Virus record (IMG/VR): IMGVR_UViG_3300042865_001090
DNA length: 64,000 nt
Strand: one strand, 5' to 3'
Origin: an uncultured virus (IMG/VR IMGVR_UViG_3300042865_001090)
Lineage: Duplodnaviria > Heunggongvirae > Uroviricota > Caudoviricetes
Positions 29,412-38,457 of the stretch are shown here, in pieces (the stretch's first letter is position 1; each line of letters starts with the position of its first letter). The position numbers and the translations under genes were made by a program. The notes beneath the pieces were generated by a model. The model worked only from the letters and a program-made list of their open reading frames with translations, searched no databases and was not told the DNA's origin.

Positions 29412-29711
29412 TTAGTTACCTACCACAAAGTCGATGAGGATTCTTTGCTCGCCAGTATTTTTCGGTTTATCCCTAGCAATAAGGGTAAGCTGTATTTCTG
29501 GCCAAAATTGACTAATCGTGTACCTTATTTCTGATTCTCTGAGCTGTGCAAAAGTTGGGTCTTTCGTTCCGTAGGTTCTCTCAAGCGGCAATTCCCCACG
29601 CTCAATTCTGCAAGCAAGAGCAATTATCTGCGAATAGTAAGGACGCGTTCCTTCAGACAGGGTCGCAGCCGTGCCTCGCTCAAATGTCATTGGTAGTTTT
29701 AATGTGTCCAT
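29412..29711 (-). CDS. baseplate gp25/W-like protein
   Basis: GELPLERTYGTKDPTF...FWPE; ~100 aa upstream of J. Confidence 0.75.
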   Translation of the reverse strand: MDTLKLPMTFERGTAATLSEGTRPYYSQIIALACRIERGELPLERTYGTKDPTFAQLRESEIRYTISQFWPEIQLTLIARDKPKNTGEQRILIDFVVGN

Positions 29712-29714
29712 AAA

Positions 29715-30092
29715 TCAGTCAAAATTCTGGTCGACGTAGTTTTTAAGATTTTGTATCACTAGGTCAACATAGCTTTTATTTGCTGCGTCGCTAGATGCCA
29801 TTGGCGTGTCGACCTCCTTAATAATTTTACTAGTAGTTTCCCTTCCAAGAATGACGACTTCTTCAAATCTGTTGTCAAGGAATCCACATAACACTTTTTG
29901 CCCAGCAATTGGATACGCAGAAAACACAGTGCACGGGCCAAATACCGTTTGAGCTGCGACTTTAGGGATACTTACAAAAACGCCCTGAGCCCCAGCCCTA
30001 ACAACCGTGCCCAGGTACAGTCCACCTGGCACGGGTTTTCGAGAAGAGGCTTTTTTTGAATTAGAAAACCTTGAGGTTGGGTCGTAAAGCAT
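29715..30092 (-). CDS. baseplate spike (gpV/gp45-like OB-fold) protein
   Basis: YLGTVVR...VSIP...FGP...P..GQKVLCGF...VILG; DAANKSYVD fibre motif. Confidence 0.6.
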   Translation of the reverse strand: MLYDPTSRFSNSKKASSRKPVPGGLYLGTVVRAGAQGVFVSIPKVAAQTVFGPCTVFSAYPIAGQKVLCGFLDNRFEEVVILGRETTSKIIKEVDTPMASSDAANKSYVDLVIQNLKNYVDQNFD

Positions 30093-30094
30093 GA

Positions 30095-31528
30095 CTAAAA
30101 GATACCAGGGCTCGAGCCGACCCTAGGCTTGATTGGTTTGCCTTTTTGGTCTTTGGGTTCTTCCGGAGTACGAAATGATATTCGAGCAGATTCTGGAGAA
30201 CCCTCACTAAAACTAACCTCCGTTATTAGGTAGCCCCCAAAAAAATAATTAGGCAAGGGTCCACAAACAGCAGTATGTCCTGGTCTTAAAGCTCCACCCT
30301 GTGGCATTAGAACGCTGCAGCTTCCGGTTGCGGCAAGCGGTTCGTTATCTGATGAATTGAAATCATGCCAAGTTTCTAGTTGAAATAATTCACTAGAGTC
30401 TCCGAGCATTGCATTTGCAAATAAATCTTTTGGGTCTCTGTTCGGATAGAAAAGCAATGGAACAAATTTACGAACACCATTTGCCGGACTGGTCCAGCTA
30501 GAACTGCCAAATTTCCACATCAACCATTCTTGCGATGCGTAGACCAAAACGCCATCAACCTCAAACACGACAAACTGATTGTCTCCAGCAGTCCTGGTGA
30601 GGACGTCCCAGACCGACTCTTCACCGTCACCGGTTCGAGCTTTAAAAGTTGACTTTGTTTTAGCTGATTTTTGCCCGACAAACTCCAGGCCGAACTTCTT
30701 GGCCGCGTTTCCGGCATACTCGTAACCAGAGCCACCAGTAACCGAATTCGGAAACTTATCGCGTCTCATCTGTTGAAGAGCCTTGTTGCGAGCTTTGATT
30801 ACTACGGTGGGCGAACCTCCCGGTCCTGGCTTGGCCGAAACATCGGCTATCTCGTATCTTCTTCCCCTGTATGTAACATCTCGTCTAATAATGAAATAAT
30901 TTGAATCGAACATTTTGTAATCTTCATCAACTATTTCAATAGATATTTCAGGGTTTAGGTCCATGGAATAATTAACCGAAACCGATACAAGATTATTTTT
31001 AAAATCTTCAGTAGCAGCACCAAAAAGGTCTGTTATTTGCAAAATCCCGCCAAGGTTTCTATTCGACGGCTCAATAATCTGGTCAATTGGATACCAGGTC
31101 TTTTCGCCAACTAGGTAATCAGGATTATTCTTTATTTGTTCTTTGTAACGTTTATTTTCTTGTGCAGACAGGGCCTTGGCATAAGTATTGGCAATTCTCA
31201 GAGTGGCAAATTTGCCGAGATGCCTTCCACTTTTGTTATAAATTAATCTTGCTTCTTTTTCCGGCACAACCACGCCGTCATCGCTAATCGTTGGTATTAA
31301 AGAAAAACATAGTTTTCCAGAAATTGTGTCCTGAATTGTTATTGAGACAAGTGTGGCGATTTGACCATTTTTCAACTTAACAATAGGTCGAAGATTTAAA
31401 TTTATGTTGCCATATTCAAACACATCGGCCTCGGACATGCTCAAAGACTGCATGGATGGATATTCTGGCCGTTTTTGTAATGACATAATTTCTGCGTTTC
31501 TATTATTACTACTTTGAAGCTTCGGCAA
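30095..31528 (-). CDS. baseplate hub (gpD/gp44-like) with an extra N-terminal domain
   Basis: AAKKFGL, ESVWDVLTR.A, FEVDGVL, LRPG..., YLITEVSF. Confidence 0.65.
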   Translation of the reverse strand: MPKLQSSNNRNAEIMSLQKRPEYPSMQSLSMSEADVFEYGNINLNLRPIVKLKNGQIATLVSITIQDTISGKLCFSLIPTISDDGVVVPEKEARLIYNKSGRHLGKFATLRIANTYAKALSAQENKRYKEQIKNNPDYLVGEKTWYPIDQIIEPSNRNLGGILQITDLFGAATEDFKNNLVSVSVNYSMDLNPEISIEIVDEDYKMFDSNYFIIRRDVTYRGRRYEIADVSAKPGPGGSPTVVIKARNKALQQMRRDKFPNSVTGGSGYEYAGNAAKKFGLEFVGQKSAKTKSTFKARTGDGEESVWDVLTRTAGDNQFVVFEVDGVLVYASQEWLMWKFGSSSWTSPANGVRKFVPLLFYPNRDPKDLFANAMLGDSSELFQLETWHDFNSSDNEPLAATGSCSVLMPQGGALRPGHTAVCGPLPNYFFGGYLITEVSFSEGSPESARISFRTPEEPKDQKGKPIKPRVGSSPGIF

Positions 31529-32258
31529 GCTCTAATGCGTAATACTCTATGGCCTTGACATTACCAGCAGCTCTAGCTGCATTTAGCTTTGCTGTAAGCG
31601 CCTTGATGTGGTCCGCCCCACCATTCTCATCATTGCCGGTTGATTTTTTGTTTGCAGGCACAAATTTCCCATGCTTAAAACGCGGCAATAGAATCATCGT
31701 TTTCCTACGTGGTATAAACTCGATAAGCGATAAGCTGACCGTAGCGCTCGTGGTGTTTGCTTGAAGGTTCTGCCTACCATGATTTATCGTGCACTCGTCT
31801 ATGTACCATTTGGGAATAGCGAGAGCTGGATGAACATTTATGAACTCAACTGGAATAGCAAAATCTGCAATTGATTGAATAAACCTAAGCTGGTCATCGA
31901 TTGATTCATAGAAGTCTTGATAAGTCTGCGAAGAAGGCTTACCGTCTTCCCCTGTAAGGGTGTTAATTCTTTTTGGTGGCGCAACAAGGAACTCGAAAGA
32001 ACACCGCTCCGCCTTGCCGCTTGTTATATCCACAATCGGCGTCGAATAGGGGCGATTGATTTCGTTGAATGTTGGCCCGTATCCACTGTGGCTAAAAGTC
32101 GTCGGAGGAAAATAGAATTCATAAGCAAGTTCAGGGCCTGCAACTTGGCGCATTTCCCTAATGTCGGAGGTATTACGCAGAACAGTAGCTGATTTTTGAA
32201 ACTGAAACTTGCCCGAAATTTGACTCGGTATTTGTTTGCCGATTATTGAAATTGCCAT
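31509..32258 (-). CDS. tail tube initiator / baseplate protein
   Basis: Directly downstream of the tape measure gene; EINRP...P, WYIDECTI, ATVSLSLIE. Confidence 0.55.
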   Translation of the reverse strand: MAISIIGKQIPSQISGKFQFQKSATVLRNTSDIREMRQVAGPELAYEFYFPPTTFSHSGYGPTFNEINRPYSTPIVDITSGKAERCSFEFLVAPPKRINTLTGEDGKPSSQTYQDFYESIDDQLRFIQSIADFAIPVEFINVHPALAIPKWYIDECTINHGRQNLQANTTSATVSLSLIEFIPRRKTMILLPRFKHGKFVPANKKSTGNDENGGADHIKALTAKLNAARAAGNVKAIEYYALELAEASK

Positions 32259-35200
32259 TATATTCTCTGTTTCACATTTCTTTGAATCTGAAGAATTTCG
32301 TTAGCAACTGCACGCGCCGTAACCTGAGGTGTTGACGATTCATTGACCGTGATGTTAAAAGTGTCCCCGCCACTAGAGCCTCCAGATGGGATTGAGCCCG
32401 TCATCTTCGCAAGGATACTCGTGGAGGTATCTCCCATTGGACCAACAGGGGGAACTACGTGCAAGTGGCGCGCACCACCAGTTCCGTGGAATTCAGCAAA
32501 CCCGCCAGATGCATTGACTAGTGATGAATATTTGCCAAGGTTGTCACCAACCAGGTCGTAAGCATGTCCGGTTGCGTGGTCTGAATTATTTGAACCAAGT
32601 GCAAAGTTCCTTAGTGAACTTGTTACCGTGCGCTTACCGGGAACAGCGCCATCAAACATGCCATGCTTGCCCATTGTCTTACCTAAAACCTTGGGCGTAT
32701 CGGTGTCACCCATTGGGACAAGTTTGTCAATTACGCCGTTTTTGAGTTGAACCTCAAATCCATTAGTCCACCAGCTTGGTGCATCATTCCACCACTTAGG
32801 TGTGTCTGTTGATTCAAAGAATTCTTGGCGAACAGCGTTCGTGAACTCCTCTCTCATCAATGCGGCTTCTGCGGTCAGAATATCTTTGTATGGGTCTAGT
32901 TCTCCTGACATCTCGGGCTTTAATTTTGTTCCAAACAGATTATTTCCCAGAGCCCCACTACCTAAAAGTTTTGAACCAATAATTGAAGCTATGGCATCTT
33001 GTCCTTTGCCTTGAAACGCGACACCCCTAGAAAGCATTCCTTCAAGGTCTCTTATCTGAGCGGTTGCGGCCTCATCGCCACCCATTGCCTTTGTTATCAG
33101 GGCGTTTATTTGTGTTTGTGCTCCGCTAAATGCTTTTTCTCCATCCTCAAAGACAAAACCGGCTTCTCCGGCCATAGCCAGAAGTTGTTTTGTCATTTCA
33201 GTTGCTGAGCCTGAAGCAGTCTGTTTTTGCGCCTGACCGATGAGCCCCTTAGCTTCGTCCCCCATAACGACGCCCGAAAGAGGACCTCCTGGACCAAACG
33301 CGGAACCTGCGCCCACATTCGCACCAGTGCCAAAGGCTTGGGCTTGAGCTATCGAATTGAGAAGGGGTGAGTCCGGGGAGATGTAGTTTGAATAATCGAG
33401 ATATTTTGTGTAGTAATCGAGGAATGCTTCCGTTGATGTATCTCCACCAGTCAAGTTATCCCCAGAAGCCTGAAGGGCGTCTTTCATGGCTTTGTTTTCG
33501 GAGAATCTCTTAAACACGTCCATGGCTCTAATTTGCACATCCCTAAGAGCATCCGAGAATTGTTTTGAAGTCTTGGTCATCCCGACGCCGAGAGCTTTGG
33601 TTGCATCATTGAGTTTAAGAGTGGTGCTGTAGAGGTCTACATTGCGCTCCATGGCGAGTTTATATATTTCCTCGGAAGTCATTCCTGTTGTTTGTTTCAG
33701 GGAATTCATGATTGAATCAAATTGATTAAAAGCCGGAGTCAATGCCTGGTCCATGTTTTTGGATGTTTTTGCAAGAGCTTTTTGGGCGTCTTCAGCATTG
33801 TCTCCAAGCGCAAGGCTGAGTTCATTCCCGCCAATCACTCCAGCGTCAATGAAAGGTTGCAAAACCTTTTTTCTATCTTCCTTTGTTTCGGCCTTCGTAA
33901 AATCGCGAGTCATGTTTCGAGATGCCGCAAGTACGGCGCGAGCCTCGGTAGTGCTTCCTGCTTGACCACCTTTTGCCGCCGCCGCAGCTATTCCGGATAT
34001 CTGAGCAAGACCCACCTTGCCCATTGCCCCTTCTGCCATCTTCTTTTGGTTGCGTTTTGCTGCCAGGAAGCCGAGACCAGCACCAAGCACGCCACCAACT
34101 GCTGCTCCAAGTGGACCAGCAATCATTGCGCCGACTGCTGCACCACTGACTGCACCAGCAATCGCCCCACCTTTTTTGGTCTTGGATGAAAACGCTGTCA
34201 AACCAGCACCTACCGCAAGACCAAGCATTGGGTTAATGGCCATCAGAGACGCGCCCATTTGCATTCCGCCCTGTGCTTCTTCTGTGCCATATCTGCTAGC
34301 CAACGCGCTGGCCCCCATGCCAGCAATCATGCCTGCGCCGCTCAAGCTATACTTTGCACCAGCTTTCATCCCTTGAAGCCTGCTGAACTTTGCGTTTGCA
34401 GGAATTTGTCCAGCCTTCTTGGCTTCATTAAAATTCAATCTTGCGTTTCTGTATCCCTGACCAAAGTTCCCACCCTTTGCGGAATTGTAGGCTCTACCCA
34501 ATAAGCCATTACCGGGTCCCAACTGCCCCATTCCGCTTTGGTTTCTGATTGTATCCCTGAATCCTCTATAGCCACCTTCGTTATAAGACTGGCCAAGCAG
34601 TGTTCTTCCAGCAAAACCACGAAGACCACCTCTTCTGGCGGTGTTGTTGTAATTGTTTGTTCCGGTTCCGGCAGCCTGTTGTCCGGTTATGCCACCCATC
34701 CCGCCCATCGCGCCAGAAACAGTTGGGGTGCCGTTGAGCAAAAAACTGCCATAGCTTTTTGCTCTACCAAGCAATTTTTTCTCAAGTTCAACTACGCCGG
34801 GCAGTGCATCAATGCGGCTAGGGATTGCCGCAAGACGCCCCCTAATGCCTTGTCGAATCGGCCTGCCAGGAAAAAACCCAGACGCCTGGAGGGACTGGTC
34901 TGTTCTGTACCTAAACGCAGAATTGTCCATCAGATTACTATGCGGTCCCTGTGGGGCATTCGGCCTAAGCTTCATCCTCCTCATACGCTCGGAAGCCTGG
35001 TATTGCTCACGCGTCATCATTCTCTGACCTATGTTTTCATAGTCTGGTGTGACGCCACGTCGTCTACCAAAAATGTTTGTAGAATCTTGGTCTTTGCGGC
35101 CGAGAAGGTCTTTTGCTGACCGATTCATGCCTAAACTCGGAGCCTTATACCCTCTTTGCTCTAGGGGTAAGTCGGTTACACCTCGATTCCTCGTGACGAA

Positions 35201-37204
35201 TGCATTGACATCGCGCTGGTAGTCTGCATTTGATTGTCCTGGTTTTCTCGCCGGCAATCTTGTGTATCTTCCGGTTGCTCTGTCAACCGCCCCACCACCC
35301 ATTCCACCACGGAGGGTTCCTCCCATTGCCGCGCCGGTAATGGCAGCCGCAGCACCCTGAAGAGATGCGCCGGCGGCAGTCAACGCGCTTGCCCCTGGCG
35401 CTATAGCAGCACTTGCTGCTGTCCCTGCTGCCTGTCCGGCGCTAGACATCGCTCCAGCTATCGAGCCGAGCTGGCCTTGATTGGCGGCCCCACCTCCACC
35501 AACATTCGTTCCCATTGTTGAGAATTTATGGCCAGAGTAGATTGCTTGCTTCGAAGAAAGACCCACGTTGCCAAATTCATCACCCATGCCCCTGCTGCGC
35601 TGAAACCTTGCTGCACGACGTCCTTTAAATGCAAACATTCCCAGTAGCGCAACAATTGCCGAAGAGCCACCGCTTCCAGTCTTGCCGCTAAGCGTATTAA
35701 TGATGGTTGCAAGAGTTGACATGAGCTTGCCGAGCGCAGCGACGACCGGGTTTATTATCGGTAGCGCTCTGGCGAACACCTCTCGAAGTGCTCGCATAAT
35801 TTCGAAAAATCCGACAACTACGCTCTTCATTGAGTCACCAAATGCAAGGAATAACGGTTCATATTTAACCGCTTGTGCAGCAAGCGCTTGTACGCCAAGC
35901 CCAATTTGCTTAAATATTTCAACAATCGGTTTTCCGAAAGTCTTAATCACTATGGAGCCACCCTCGCGCAGGGGGTCCAAGGCGTCACGAACTTCTCTAA
36001 AATAAATTGCAAAGCCCTTAAAAAAATCGGTTGTTCTTCTCCAAAAACCCTCTGTCGCAGGAAGAAATTTTCTAAACAAAACGACAGTAAAATCTTCTAG
36101 TTTCTCTGTGAACTTCACCAACGAGGACAAAAACGGACCCTGTCCAAATGTGACGAGGTCCCCAGAAATTCTTCTAAATGTTCGTTCTAGGCCGAAGTAA
36201 ATGTCAGACATTGCCTTCTTGATTGGCTCGAGTACACGAACACCAACATCAGACATTTCTACCAACGCCGAACTCAGATAAGTTCTGAATTGACCAACCA
36301 AGGTCCGAGCCATAGTCCCAGATTGCCCAGAGACTCCAGCGTCTAGGGCTAGCTTCCCGCTTTGAAGGTCTTCCAAGAACTTTCTGTAGTCCTTGTAATT
36401 TCCTTTTTTAAATGCTTTTTCAAACTCCGGACTAATTGCTTTTACTGCTTGAAGAGCTTCGGCAGTAAACTTCTTTTCTTTTTGCAATATTCCCACCAAA
36501 GAACCAGCCGCCTGTAGAGCATTTTGGGGGTCGCCGCTTGATTGCACAAAGTCAGCCATGGCTTTTAGGGCCGCCTTAGAGGCCGGAGTGAAAGCGGAAT
36601 GCTTATTCACAGCAGCAAAAGCACCAGCAAGTGCTTGCACACCCATTGAGGCCAACGTGGCATCCTTGTATAAACTTCTTAGCCCAGAGCCAGACTGGTC
36701 AAGAGCGGAGCCGAGCTCTTTTGAATCTTTGTATCTAAATGCATACTGGGCTGCTTGGAATTCCTTAAACGCTGCAGCTGCACCAATCGCCGCAACTCCA
36801 ACCGCAGCAACGGTCCCAGCCAGGGCTTGCATTAAATAGTTATATGCCTGCGCAACAATTTTCCCAACAGCAAAAGCAGCGTTAACGCTTGCCAACGCAA
36901 GGGCTGAAATACCGAATTCAATTCCCAAGGCTATGACGCTAAACATGAGTAGGCGGGCCATTTTCAAAAATTTGGCACCAATTTTTTCGACGAGATTCAG
37001 CTGCTTGGAAAACTTTGTGACGCCTTTGCTTGTGGTCGTCATCTGCAGGTTCAGCCTGCCCATAGCACCAGTAAGTCGATTGGTTCTGTTCTCTAAGCGT
37101 TTTGATGCAGCATCGAGGGCCGTAAGTTTTGCCGCGGTAGTAAGTAGCTTATTATCACCTTTGACGTCAACGTCAACATTTAAATTTACGATTTCGTCAG
37201 CCAT
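32258..37204 (-). CDS. tape measure protein with C-terminal M15/LAS-type peptidase motif
   Basis: 1648 aa, Ala/Gly-rich helical with hydrophobic segments; HATGHAYD...HLHV near the C-terminus; downstream of tube and chaperone. Confidence 0.85.
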   Translation of the reverse strand: MADEIVNLNVDVDVKGDNKLLTTAAKLTALDAASKRLENRTNRLTGAMGRLNLQMTTTSKGVTKFSKQLNLVEKIGAKFLKMARLLMFSVIALGIEFGISALALASVNAAFAVGKIVAQAYNYLMQALAGTVAAVGVAAIGAAAAFKEFQAAQYAFRYKDSKELGSALDQSGSGLRSLYKDATLASMGVQALAGAFAAVNKHSAFTPASKAALKAMADFVQSSGDPQNALQAAGSLVGILQKEKKFTAEALQAVKAISPEFEKAFKKGNYKDYRKFLEDLQSGKLALDAGVSGQSGTMARTLVGQFRTYLSSALVEMSDVGVRVLEPIKKAMSDIYFGLERTFRRISGDLVTFGQGPFLSSLVKFTEKLEDFTVVLFRKFLPATEGFWRRTTDFFKGFAIYFREVRDALDPLREGGSIVIKTFGKPIVEIFKQIGLGVQALAAQAVKYEPLFLAFGDSMKSVVVGFFEIMRALREVFARALPIINPVVAALGKLMSTLATIINTLSGKTGSGGSSAIVALLGMFAFKGRRAARFQRSRGMGDEFGNVGLSSKQAIYSGHKFSTMGTNVGGGGAANQGQLGSIAGAMSSAGQAAGTAASAAIAPGASALTAAGASLQGAAAAITGAAMGGTLRGGMGGGAVDRATGRYTRLPARKPGQSNADYQRDVNAFVTRNRGVTDLPLEQRGYKAPSLGMNRSAKDLLGRKDQDSTNIFGRRRGVTPDYENIGQRMMTREQYQASERMRRMKLRPNAPQGPHSNLMDNSAFRYRTDQSLQASGFFPGRPIRQGIRGRLAAIPSRIDALPGVVELEKKLLGRAKSYGSFLLNGTPTVSGAMGGMGGITGQQAAGTGTNNYNNTARRGGLRGFAGRTLLGQSYNEGGYRGFRDTIRNQSGMGQLGPGNGLLGRAYNSAKGGNFGQGYRNARLNFNEAKKAGQIPANAKFSRLQGMKAGAKYSLSGAGMIAGMGASALASRYGTEEAQGGMQMGASLMAINPMLGLAVGAGLTAFSSKTKKGGAIAGAVSGAAVGAMIAGPLGAAVGGVLGAGLGFLAAKRNQKKMAEGAMGKVGLAQISGIAAAAAKGGQAGSTTEARAVLAASRNMTRDFTKAETKEDRKKVLQPFIDAGVIGGNELSLALGDNAEDAQKALAKTSKNMDQALTPAFNQFDSIMNSLKQTTGMTSEEIYKLAMERNVDLYSTTLKLNDATKALGVGMTKTSKQFSDALRDVQIRAMDVFKRFSENKAMKDALQASGDNLTGGDTSTEAFLDYYTKYLDYSNYISPDSPLLNSIAQAQAFGTGANVGAGSAFGPGGPLSGVVMGDEAKGLIGQAQKQTASGSATEMTKQLLAMAGEAGFVFEDGEKAFSGAQTQINALITKAMGGDEAATAQIRDLEGMLSRGVAFQGKGQDAIASIIGSKLLGSGALGNNLFGTKLKPEMSGELDPYKDILTAEAALMREEFTNAVRQEFFESTDTPKWWNDAPSWWTNGFEVQLKNGVIDKLVPMGDTDTPKVLGKTMGKHGMFDGAVPGKRTVTSSLRNFALGSNNSDHATGHAYDLVGDNLGKYSSLVNASGGFAEFHGTGGARHLHVVPPVGPMGDTSTSILAKMTGSIPSGGSSGGDTFNITVNESSTPQVTARAVANEILQIQRNVKQRI

Positions 37205-37233
37205 GACCCTACCTAGGTAATAAATCTCATTCG

Positions 37234-37431
37234 CTAATACCCCTGAGACTTACGCTCAGCTGCCTCACGGTCTGCCTCAATAACTTTAGCACACGCAAGG
37301 CGTATTATCCATTCTTCGAATGAGCAATCTAGAATTCTTATTGGGTCCGTCCCAAACACCTCCCCTAGTCGGGCGGCTGTAACTATTCGACTATCGTCGG
37401 TTAATTCGTTGAGGACGGATTCGTAGGGTTT
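37234..37431 (-). CDS. -1 frameshift extension of the tail assembly chaperone (gpGT-like)
   Basis: Slippery heptamer A AAC CCT at 37425-37431; the -1 frame reads PYESVLNELTDDSRIVTAARLGEVFGTDP...KSQGY to a stop at 37234. Confidence 0.75.
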   Translation of the reverse strand, partial: KPYESVLNELTDDSRIVTAARLGEVFGTDPIRILDCSFEEWIIRLACAKVIEADREAAERKSQGY

Positions 37432-37922
37432 TCTTGCTGTTCAACCGTATCACCGAAGCCCGCTGCATCAATAATTGTTAACGCTGCTGCCTCTACGTGT
37501 GGGTCAAGTCCAAAAAACTTCTGAACTGCATCCGGTAGTGCTCGCGCTGCACCGGTCATTTTAAGAATTGCCGGAGAAGCAAATCCAAGAGATTTCCCAT
37601 TCTCTAGAACCTCTTCACTGTTGAAGTAAATTCCTCTTGTGGTGTGACCAATGACTTGACATGCAAATCTTGTTGCGTCAAGACCAGTCTTTGAATCAGA
37701 ACCAGCATTCTTTTGCCATGCTTTAACTTGCTGCTGCGTGATGTTTGGGCTGATGAGCAGAGTTACGCCTGGTCGCTCTGGGACATTGATGAATACATCA
37801 GGTCGCGAAACCTTCTTGCTAATCACGGCTGTGAGTTGCTCCAGAACGTTGTCTGAATCTTCACCAGACACGCCAGAATCTAAAGAGGAATTTGAGTCTT
37901 CTGAGTAAAATGAGTTTGTCAT
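37401..37922 (-). CDS. tail assembly chaperone (gpG-like)
   Basis: Between tube and tape measure; ends ENPT at the slippery site; leaderless TAGTGT-N7-ATG. Confidence 0.75.
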   Translation of the reverse strand: MTNSFYSEDSNSSLDSGVSGEDSDNVLEQLTAVISKKVSRPDVFINVPERPGVTLLISPNITQQQVKAWQKNAGSDSKTGLDATRFACQVIGHTTRGIYFNSEEVLENGKSLGFASPAILKMTGAARALPDAVQKFFGLDPHVEAAALTIIDAAGFGDTVEQQENPTNPSSTN

Positions 37923-37979
37923 GTGGCAAACACTAGCACTAGCACTAGGCCAGTAGTGGATGTCAATTGGATATTTTGA

Positions 37980-38429
37980 TTATGCCTGAGCGGGAACACC
38001 GGAGATTGCAAACGTAAGAGCAATCGTCGCTGGTGCACCAGATGAGGCATCGCCTTCTGGCTCCGATAGACCAACAAGCAAGGCACCTGCATAAACACGC
38101 TCCGACTGAAGATTCTTCAGGTCGCAGTCAGTGTCGTAAATCTTGATGTCATAGTAAGCACGACCAACAACAGGACGAACCTGGTTGATTAGGACACGCA
38201 TGTCGGCATCATAATGCTTGGTTAGCGTGACGTCGCCTACTTCTGATGGGGCGCAAAGAACTTCCGGGAAAGCCTGCCCACCGATGTAAATTTTTTCTAC
38301 AGCGGCTGTGATTTCTCCACCGGACACCTGAGCGAAATACCCAGAAAGGGTCGGCCCAGTAACCGCGCCGCTAACTGGCGTGATTTCTGCGATGATTTGT
38401 CGCTGTGCCAATTTTGTGGAAATTGCCAT
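37980..38429 (-). CDS. tail tube protein
   Basis: 149 aa after sheath; FAQVSGGEI, GDVTLTK, EPEGDASS. Confidence 0.75.
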   Translation of the reverse strand: MAISTKLAQRQIIAEITPVSGAVTGPTLSGYFAQVSGGEITAAVEKIYIGGQAFPEVLCAPSEVGDVTLTKHYDADMRVLINQVRPVVGRAYYDIKIYDTDCDLKNLQSERVYAGALLVGLSEPEGDASSGAPATIALTFAISGVPAQA

Positions 38430-38457
38430 AATTCCTCCGTGTCTTTACTTTATTTTC

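Noticed and set aside
37931..37948. (CACTAG)3 microrepeat upstream of the chaperone
   Set aside because: Overlaps the -10 region, but is too short to support a phase-variation claim
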